From the human T2T-CHM13v2.0 reference genome, Homo sapiens, in assembly GCF_009914755.1 (NCBI RefSeq), contig NC_060947.1: 64,000 nucleotides of DNA; one strand, written 5' to 3'. The first letter of the stretch is position 1; each line of letters starts with the position of its first letter. The notes beneath the pieces were generated by a model. That model had not been told where the DNA came from. It made no database searches and was given only the letters and a program-made list of their open reading frames with translations. This document shows, one piece after another, positions 55,251 through 64,000 of the stretch. Both the position numbers and the translations under genes were made by a program.

Positions 55251-56328
55251 CGAGCCATGATTACAAGGTAGCAAGATAAAAAAGTAAATCTGGATTCATA
55301 ACCTACAGTTGATACTTGAAAGTACTTTTTATGAACTTGTAGGCCCACTTTTTGGTGGATAAACTAGATGTACTGACTGGTAAAGAAATTAGGGTAAGAA
55401 TAATAAACTATGCAATTAAAAACGTCTGATTTATAAAAAATTGATGTAACCAAATACATACACACTAATAATAAATACACATGGTAAGCCTGGCATCAAC
55501 TCTAATTGTTCCTTAAAAAGAAAAGGTGAAAACCTTAGCCAGGTTTTCCTCTCGTAGTACCTGAGTCTACAATTCACTACTTCTCCTCTTGTCCTTTGTT
55601 ATTTACATGCCAATTTGGAGTGGTGTCATCTTTGTAACAGGGGTAATTAACCAACTCTACAAAAGTGGCAGACTGTCACCAATTGTCTAACATCTTCTAG
55701 CTCTTGCCATTACCAATTAGCTCCAATTCTGTTCTGTGCTGTGTTGAATATAGTAGGATTTCTGTCTTCCAATGTATTCCTTGCAAATATGGGCTGCAAA
55801 TAACTTCACAGTTATCTTAGAATGGTTCCCCTCTCTGAGCAGCAGTGTAGGAGATGGAGTTGTCACTCCGACTTCCCTTAATTCTCAAAGAGGTAGAACA
55901 CATTCTAGAATGGGTGTTATTCAAAAGAACTGCCTACCAGAAGACATTGCCTCTGATTTTCTTGTCACAGAAACATTTTCTCTGGCTACGCCGTTGCCAT
56001 GTAGTCATTTTATACTGGATCATGTGTGGGCTAGAGTAGCCAGAATTCTATTTTTCTGGAAGATAAAGGCAGAAAATTCTGTCACTGCATTCATTCCAAT
56101 CTCCAGGATCAGAGAGTACGAGAGTTCTTCATTCATCTTGTTAGTCACTCAACCCACAGTACTAACTGAGCACCCACTATGGATTCTTTATGGATTGCTG
56201 AAGTAGGTGTTGGGAGACGGTGATGATGATGGAGAAATCAGGAATGTTTTCCTGAGTAAATTCTCATCTCAATGGACAGACAGGCCCAACAAACCCCCAA
56301 AGCTTGTCCCAGAAAAATACACAAGTAC

Positions 56329-56928
56329 TGTGAGCGATTTATTAATTCATTCTCATTCAGCTCCTAACTCACTCTTCCATGCGCTGGTTCGTGATGTGGA
56401 GGCAGGGCTTCTTCAATCCACATTTCTGCTTTTCTAGTTGGAGCCCTATTAGGCTCTAAGGGGGCTGCAGAGCTGGAGGAAGCAAGAGCGAGTTGCTTCT
56501 TTCTGTCTGCTCCCTCTGAGGATTTCTCCACCAACACTTCACTTCTGCAGTGGCAGTGTCTCCCGTGACAGCAGCTGAATGCAGTTTACAGTTTTTCCAA
56601 GCCGTGTGGGATCAGCTTTATTCATAAACTCCAGAACCAACCATCCTCAGAGGTCTGGGCTTCAACTCCATGGAGACTCCTCTGACCATCTAAGTTTCAA
56701 GAGTATTAAGAATTCCAACCTCTTCTTTTTGTTTTCCTAGGCCTCAGGGGTGAAGTTGCTTTCTGTAGTTTTTCCCTCCCTGATTCCTTAGTGTGTTCTT
56801 TCAGTCTTTTTAGTTTCTTAGTTAACAGTGCTATACCTTGTTAACAATTCTTTTTACCGAGGTACATATTTTTCCTGTTAAAATAACTGAAGAGATTTCT
56901 GCCTCCTCACTGGAAATTGAGTGATACA
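56329..56928 (+). mobile_element. LTR33A/B-like ERVL solo LTR
   Basis: cacatttctgcttttctagttgg...ttcctgttaaaataactga...tttctgcctcctcactggaaattgagtgataca. Confidence 0.7.
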
Positions 56929-57256
56929 AAATCCCAAGTTACTCAGCCTTTCCAATGCAACAGGTTTTTGGAAACCCTCTGAACAGTCAGATTGCTATAA
57001 AAGCCCACTGAGTACTCACACAGGTGAATTTTCCCCTTCCCTGTCCAAATGCAACATCCTCAGCAATCTTTGAATAAGTACACAAAGTCATGATATTTAA
57101 AATATGTACAGTAACATATAGCATCCAGTGATGTACAAAAACTCAAAACTATGTATACAAATCTGGGACTTCATGACAGTGAGTCCCTACTTGACGCTTC
57201 TGTGGCTCACAGTGGACAAAGAAGCCTTACAACCTGTCTTTAATAAGAATCTGCTT

Positions 57257-57545
<289 letters not shown>

Positions 57546-58454
57546 AAGAATATGCTTGATGGTTGTACTAGGAGCCTCCTGGAAATGCGGCTATACCCTG
57601 GCTCGTACTGGCAGGCCCGTTCTCTATTCCTGTGTTTAGGCTTCACTACTGGGTTTACTCCATCTGATTTTTGGGTTTGGTGTACAAAAAGCCCCTGCCA
57701 GCTTCCTTTCCTGAAAAGCTAGAGCCTGGTGTTTCTACCTGGTCAGGCTCTGCCTCCACCGGATCAACTTCCCCGGAAAAACTTGCAACCCAGAAATTCC
57801 TGCTGCCAAGATCTCAGCCACTGCTTAAATCATCTGGATGACAATGACACACCCAACTCTTAAGATAAATTTACTACAACCTAAAACACTGACTATATAG
57901 CTCAGTCAATGCTTCTAGAGTCTCCAGGTTTCAGCTTAAGCCTCTGTTCTTCCCTGCTCAAAGACAGAGTTGGTCAAGTGAGTCTACCAACTAAGACCAC
58001 ACAGTTTACGGCGATACAGTCCTTCACTCAATTCCCTTTGAACACAGGCTCATATTTGGAACCACTGGGATCTGCAATGTGTGGCCATGCAAAAATCTTC
58101 CATGTATAATCCACGTTATGTAAAGATTGTTTTCCTGGGAATATGATGTGACTCTAGCAAGTTTTTAACAGAGTACACTTGGGCCAGGAAGGTTCTAGGC
58201 ATAAGCGAGCATTGAATGAGGAGAGATTACACCAGGAGTAGACCCATTCTCAAGTACAAACTTGATGGTAAACAAGAAGCAAAACCCACCTCAATCAAAA
58301 GATGTGTCCCCATCCCACACCTCCCAGCTCCAAGAGAGAGTTAATGATATGATCATCTCTGTTTCCCTCCCAGGTTCCCAAAGATCTGAAGGAAAAGGAA
58401 TGAATTCCAATATCTGCCTCCAATTTCCCCTTCATTTCCTTGCAATCTGATGCA

Positions 58455-58998
58455 TCATGACACTTGTTTTGATTTTTATTTTTGAACACAGCCAGGCTCA
58501 TTCACTTACATATTGTCTATGGCTACATTCCCATTAAAAGGGCAGAGTTGAATAGTCGTGACAGAGGCCGTATGGCCCACAAAGCCAAAAATAATCACTA
58601 TCAGGCCCTTCAGAGAAAAAAAAATTGTGGGCTGGGCTGTGTGGTTTACTCCTGTAATCCCTGTAATCTCAGTGCTTTCGGAGACCAAGACAAGAAGATC
58701 ACTTGAGCCCCAGAGTTCAAGACCAGCCTGGGCAACATAGTGAGACCTCATTTCTACAAAAAAATAAAAAAAAAAAAAAAAAAAAAAAAACAATTAGCTG
58801 AGCGTGGTGGTGCACACTTGTAGTCCTAGATGCTTGGGAGGCTGAAGCAGGAGGGTCACTTAAGCCCAGGAGTTTGAGGCTGTAGTGAGCTATGGAGGTA
58901 CTACTGCCCTCCAGCCTATGTAACAGAGTGAGACCCTGTCTCAAAGAAAAAACAAGAAGCAGCAGAAAGAAAAGAAAAGAAAAAGTTTGTGAACCCAT
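58455..58998 (+). mobile_element. MER58A-like MITE split by AluJo
   Basis: gaacacagccaggctcattc...tatggcccacaaagcc; terminus aaaaagtttgtgaaccc after the Alu. Confidence 0.75.
58630..58978 (+). mobile_element. AluJo
   Basis: J diagnostics (cttgagccc, gcaacatagtgagacc, gaggctgtagtgagctat); expanded middle A tract. Confidence 0.92.
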
Positions 58999-59336
58999 AT
59001 TTATTATCACTTTTGGATATATATCCTACTATTGCTATCTGTTTTAGGATGATGGTGAGGGACATACAAAGCGAGTGGCTTAGCAATAGCTGACCACATC
59101 TGAAGCTTTGACAATTATATCATGATCATTTCCTAGCAGGCAGTTTGTACTACCTGCTCCTGTGGCAAGCACTTTAATAAGTGTTATTATATATATTTGT
59201 AATAACCATAACACATCTTACTTACTCGATTTTTATAGATGGGAAAATATAGTCAGAGAAGTTTAGTAAATTTCGCAAGGTAATACAGGCAACAACTGGT
59301 GAAAGCAGGATACATATCTTAAGGTAATCCATTATA

Positions 59337-59494
59337 CAGGGCTTCTCAAGCCTTAATGTGCATATGAATTATCTGTGGACCTTATTAAAATGCAGATTCT
59401 GATTCAGAACATCTAGGATGGAGCCTAAGATTATTCATTTTTAACAAGTTCCCAGGTGATGCTGTTGGTTTGCAGACTATACTGAGTAACAAGG
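59337..59494. mobile_element. MER5-family MITE (between MIR fragments ~59150-59330 and ~59610-59855, minus strand)
   Basis: cagggcttctcaagccttaatgtgcatatgaat...aaaatgcagattctgattcag...ttttaacaagttcccaggtgatgc. Confidence 0.8.
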
Positions 59495-60292
59495 CATCAT
59501 ATCTATACTGTGCCTTGTTGAACTGATTTAATTGGAAAAATGTTCCATCTTTCTACCTAAATCAAAGCCTGAATGACAGAATCAGGGATCAGAGTTGGAA
59601 GGACTAATTTAATAATAGCAGCATTAAGAATAGCTAACATTGACATGTTATTATGTGCGCTTGATGTGAATTGTCTCATTTTTATACTGACAACCACCCT
59701 AGAGATAAATATCATTTTAACATCATTTTACAAAAGAGAACAGTTAGTCACAGAGCAGGTAAGCAACTTACCCAATGTCACACCAATGGAGGAGATGAAA
59801 ATCTAACTTCAGTCTATCTGATATGGCCCCTGCTCATAATCACTACACTCTGCTGCATCTTATTGCATGTGTCTGGTTACATAACAAAGACAAGTGTTAG
59901 CCTCATCTTTAAGTGAGGTCAGCCTCTGTCTTTCCAGCCACTCTTATCTGGACTCACAAAAACCAGCCTCCTCCATCAGGCTTGATGATGGCATGAATTT
60001 TATTAGCAATCTTGGCCCACCTTCCAATGGAGTTAGAATCAGTCTTGCTCTCACAGACACAGCACCAAGTGTACCACATGGGTTCTGTCTCACTCGCATA
60101 AGCCCTAGCCTGGGTTGAAGCAGTCTATAAAACAACCTTCTATCCTGTTTCCTTCTACCAAATATTCCAATGTTTTATTGACAACAAAATATCAACTTGA
60201 ACCATAGCCTGCTTGAGTGGGACCCTGACACCTCACCAATTACTTGTTTCTGAGAGTTTCATAATCCCAGTGGCTCTCTGAATGGCACGTCG

Positions 60293-62190
60293 CCTGTGTT
60301 CCATTGGCCTATATGCCTACCTTTAAGCCAATACTATATTATTATGATTATTGTAGCTTTGTAATGTACTTTGAAATCAGGAAGCGTGATGTTTTCACCT
60401 TTATTCTTCTTTCTCAAGATCAATTTGGCTATTCATGGTCTATTGCGGTTCCATATTAAAAACTTTAGAATTGTTTTTAATATTTCTGTAAAAAATGCCA
60501 CTGGGATTTTAATAAGAATTTATTTGAATCTGTAGATCCTTCTGGGAAGTATTGACATTTGAATAATATTAAGTCCTCCAATCCATGAATACAGGATGTC
60601 CTTCCATTTGTGTCTTCTTTCATTTATTTCATCAATGTTTTCTCATTTTCAGTATACAAGTCTTCACCTCCTTAATCAAGTTTATTCCTAGGTATTTTAT
60701 TCTTTTTGGTGCTATCATAAATGAGATTGTTTTCCTAATTTCCTTTTCAGATTGTTTATTGTTAGTACATAGACATGCAACTCATTTTTGTGTGTTGATT
60801 TTGTATACTGCTAAATAAATACATGCATATATGGTCAACTGATCTTCTACAAGGGTGCCAAGAACATACAATGGAAAAAGGATAGTCTCTTCAACAAACA
60901 GTGTTGGGAAAACTGGATATCCACGTGTGAAATAAGGAAATTGGACCCTTATCTAACACCATACACAAAAATCAACTCAAAATGGGGCAGACTTAAACAT
61001 AATACCTGAAACTGTAGGGATACTCATATATGTAATCTATCTATCTATCTATCTATATCTATCTATCTATCTATCTATCTATCTACCTACCTACCTACCT
61101 ACCTATCTGGGACTACATCAAACTAAAGTGCTTCTGCATAGCAAAGGTAACAACAGAATGAAAAGGCAACCTATGGAAAGGGAGAAAATATTTGCAAACC
61201 ATAAAACCATATATCTGATAAGCAGTGAAACCTCAAGATACACAAATAACTCCTACAACTCAATATTTTTAAGAAAAAAACTACTAACCCAATTAAAAAA
61301 TGAGCTGAGGACCTAAACAGACATTTTTTCAAAGAAGGCATATCAACAGCCAACAGGTATATGAAAAAAAAAGCTCAATGTCACTAATTATCAGGGAAAT
61401 GCAAATCAAAACCATAATGAGACAATACCTCACACCTGTCATTAGTCTACTGTCAATAGACTAATAGACTGTCAATAGTCATTGACTATTGACTATTATC
61501 AAAAAAAACAAAAGACAAGTGTTGAGGAGGATATAGAGAAGTTGGAATCCTTACACCCTGTTGATTGGAATGCAAAATAATGTAGCCATTATGGAATACA
61601 GTATGGGTTTCTCAAAAAATTACAAATAGAACTACCATATGATCCAGCAATCCCACTTCTATTTACGAAAATAACTGAAATCTGACTCTCAAGGGGATAT
61701 TAGCATTCCTATGTTCACTGCAGCACTGTGGAAACATCCAAAATGTCCACTGGTAGATGAATGGATAAAGAAAATGTGGTATATACATATACAGAATAGA
61801 ATACAATTTAGCTTTTCAAAAGAAGAAAATTCTGCAATATGCTACATGGATAAACCTTGAGGACATTATGCTAAGTGAAATCAGCCAGTCACAGTAAGAC
61901 AAATACTGCATGATTCTACTCATATGAGATATCTAAAAAAGTCAAACTCATAGAATCAAAGAGTGAAATGAAGGTTTCCAGGGGCTGGGAGGGATGAGAA
62001 TATGTAAGAGTAATTAACAAGCATAAAGTTTCAGTCAAGCAAGATGAATAAGCTTCAGAGATCTGTTATATCACATTGTACCCACAGTCAACATATAATA
62101 TGTTGAAATGTATTGTAAACGTAACAATTTATTGAGAGTAGATTGCATAGTAAGTTTTCTTACCATAATACTAATACTAATAATAAAACC
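60293..62190 (+). mobile_element. L1MA (8-10-like) with 5' inversion (60293-~60812 on minus strand)
   Basis: Antisense ORF2 segment abuts sense ORF2 beginning aaataaatacatgcatatatggtcaact; 3'UTR ends ~62190. Confidence 0.88.
61036..61108. repeat. (TCTA)n/(CCTA)n compound STR inside L1
   Basis: Directly visible. Confidence 0.95.
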
Positions 62191-62875
62191 ATCTATGTTT
62201 TAATCAGTGTTTGCCAGTCATGAAATCTGTGTCACTCTATGAAGAGAATGTTCAGATCAAAGTCAGATAGTCTAGAAAATACCACTTAATGTTCTCGCTG
62301 AATGATCTTTAAATAGCCACACACATTAATTAATTTTCTGCCATACTTCACTGGGGTTGCAATCTTTTTCAGCAAATTGAGACAGAGACTCCATAATGAG
62401 AACAAAACTATATCAAACACCATTTCAGCAAAAATTGAAAAATCAAAAGTGATAATATTTCTGAAGTAATGGCTATGTTGAAAAGAGTAAATGCCATCAA
62501 ATGCATCTATTTTCCTGTCAAGTGCTGTAATGAGACTAGCTGAGAAACAAGATGCCAAATTAATGCCCCTTAAAGGCTGTTGCATTTTCTTCCATCAGTT
62601 TTCTTCTCCTATCATTTAGGAATATCAATAAACTCCCAAAGAGAAGCTTTGGCAGTTACCACTGTCATTTTGTGTTTCTCTTCCCCTCAAATGATTCTTA
62701 CTAAAGACTTCAGTCACCTGCTATCTCCCTCTGTAGTAATGTGCATCGAAAAGAATTGAGCATAAGCCTTTGCCCCAAATCCTCAATTTGAATAGTTTCA
62801 TCAACTAGAAGCAGTTCTGAAGCCCCTGTGGAAGGCAAAGTGCTTGGAAATCTAAGATTCTTACAGTTCCATATA

Positions 62876-64000
62876 TTATTTACTTTAACAATTTATTGAG
62901 ATACAATTCACCTTGCAAGTCACCCATTTAAGTGTACTATTCAATGGTTTTTAGTACATTTTCAGAGTATTGCAAGGATCACCACAATCTAATTTTAGAA
63001 CATTTACTCACCCAAAAAGAAGTCACTACCCATTATTCCTCCCACCTCACTTCCAAGCTCACCTCACCTCCTGTCCCGATCCCCCAGCACTAGGAAACCA
63101 CTAATCTACTTTCTATATATAGTTGACCTTTATTAAAATTTCATATAAATGGAATAATAAAATATGTGGTCTTTTGTTACTGGCTTCTTTCACATAATAT
63201 AATGTTTGCAAGGGTCATCTATGCTAAAGCATTTATCAATACCTCATTCTTTTTATTGCTGAATATTATTCCATTGTGTGAACACGCCATATTTTCTTTT
63301 TTTTTTTTTTAACCTTTAAGTTCAGGGGTACATGCGCAGGTTTGTTGTACAGGTAAATTTGTGTCATGGGGTTTTTTTTGTATAGATTATTTCATCACCC
63401 AGGTATTAAGCTTAGTACCCATTAGTTATTTTTCCTGCTCTTCTCCCTCCTCGCAACCTCCACCCTCCAATAGGCCCCAGGGAGTGCTGTTCCCCTCTAT
63501 ATGTCCATGTGTTCTCATCATTTAGCTCCCACTTATGAGTGAGAACATGTGGTATTTGGTTTTCTGCTCCTGCATTAGTTTGCTAAGAATAAGGGCCTCC
63601 AGCTCCATCCATGCCACATTTTCTTTATGCATTCATCAGTTGGCGAACATTTGGATTCTATTTACTTTTCGGCTACTATGAATAATGATGCTATTTACAT
63701 CCATGCACAAGTTGTTGCATGAATATGTTTTCATATCCCTTCCACAGATACCCAAGAGTGGCATTGCTGGGGCATATGGTAACTTTATGTTCAACATTTT
63801 GAAAAACTGCCAATATATTTTCCAAAGTTACCACACTATTTTACATTCCTACCAGCAATGTATGAAGGTTCAAATTTCTCCTTCACATCCCTGCCCAAAA
63901 CTTCTTGTTGTCTTTTTGATTATAGCCATCCTAGTTGGTGTAAAGCAGTATCTCATTGTGGGTTTGATTTCCATTACCCTAATGACCAATGATTTTGAAC
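62876..64000 (-). mobile_element. L1MB-like 3' end (continues off window)
   Basis: tttattgagatacaattcac...ttagaacattt...ttacattcctaccagcaatgtatgaagg. Confidence 0.88.
63300..63612 (-). mobile_element. L1PA15/16-like 3' end nested in L1MB
   Basis: Poly-T tail; TSD gcca(t/c)attttcttt at 63286-63299 and 63613-63626. Confidence 0.92.

Noticed and set aside
54872-55348. Alu-derived ORFs (also 12603, 19632, 23000, 32856, 39948, 57187, 58717)
   Set aside because: Typical Alu translations ([14 protein letters not shown]); not coding evidence.
55772-56206. 144-aa ATG ORF, mostly outside obvious repeats
   Set aside because: No recognisable domain, its 3' part runs into L2-like sequence, and roughly one open frame of this length is expected by chance in six frames of 64 kb.
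62286-62585. 99-aa minus-strand ORF in unique DNA
   Set aside because: No family resemblance, promoter or splice context; length compatible with chance. The DNA could still be a conserved non-coding element.

Overview
Primate (human-like) AT-rich, repeat-dense intronic or intergenic DNA. I find no protein-coding gene, RNA gene or CpG island; the listed ORFs are repeat-derived (Alu, L1, CR1/L3) or chance. The window is a layered transposon record: about 11 Alus (FLAM, J, S, Y), many L1 fragments, L2/MIR, three CR1/L3 remnants, ERV1/ERVL/MaLR solo LTRs, hAT MITEs and microsatellites. Subfamily names are recalled from consensus sequences, not from a database search, and old-repeat boundaries are approximate. 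I see no evidence for a new biological system. The best second-look items are: a twin-primed L1PB whose roughly 5 kb interior has collapsed (18.9-19.6 kb); a 160-bp local duplication ending at a mini-L1 inversion junction (40.4/41.2 kb); readable fossil hAT transposase (8.6-9.5 kb) and RNase H/integrase (22.3-23.5 kb) motifs; several fold-back templated-insertion scars; and UG-repeat-flanked splice-site candidates.
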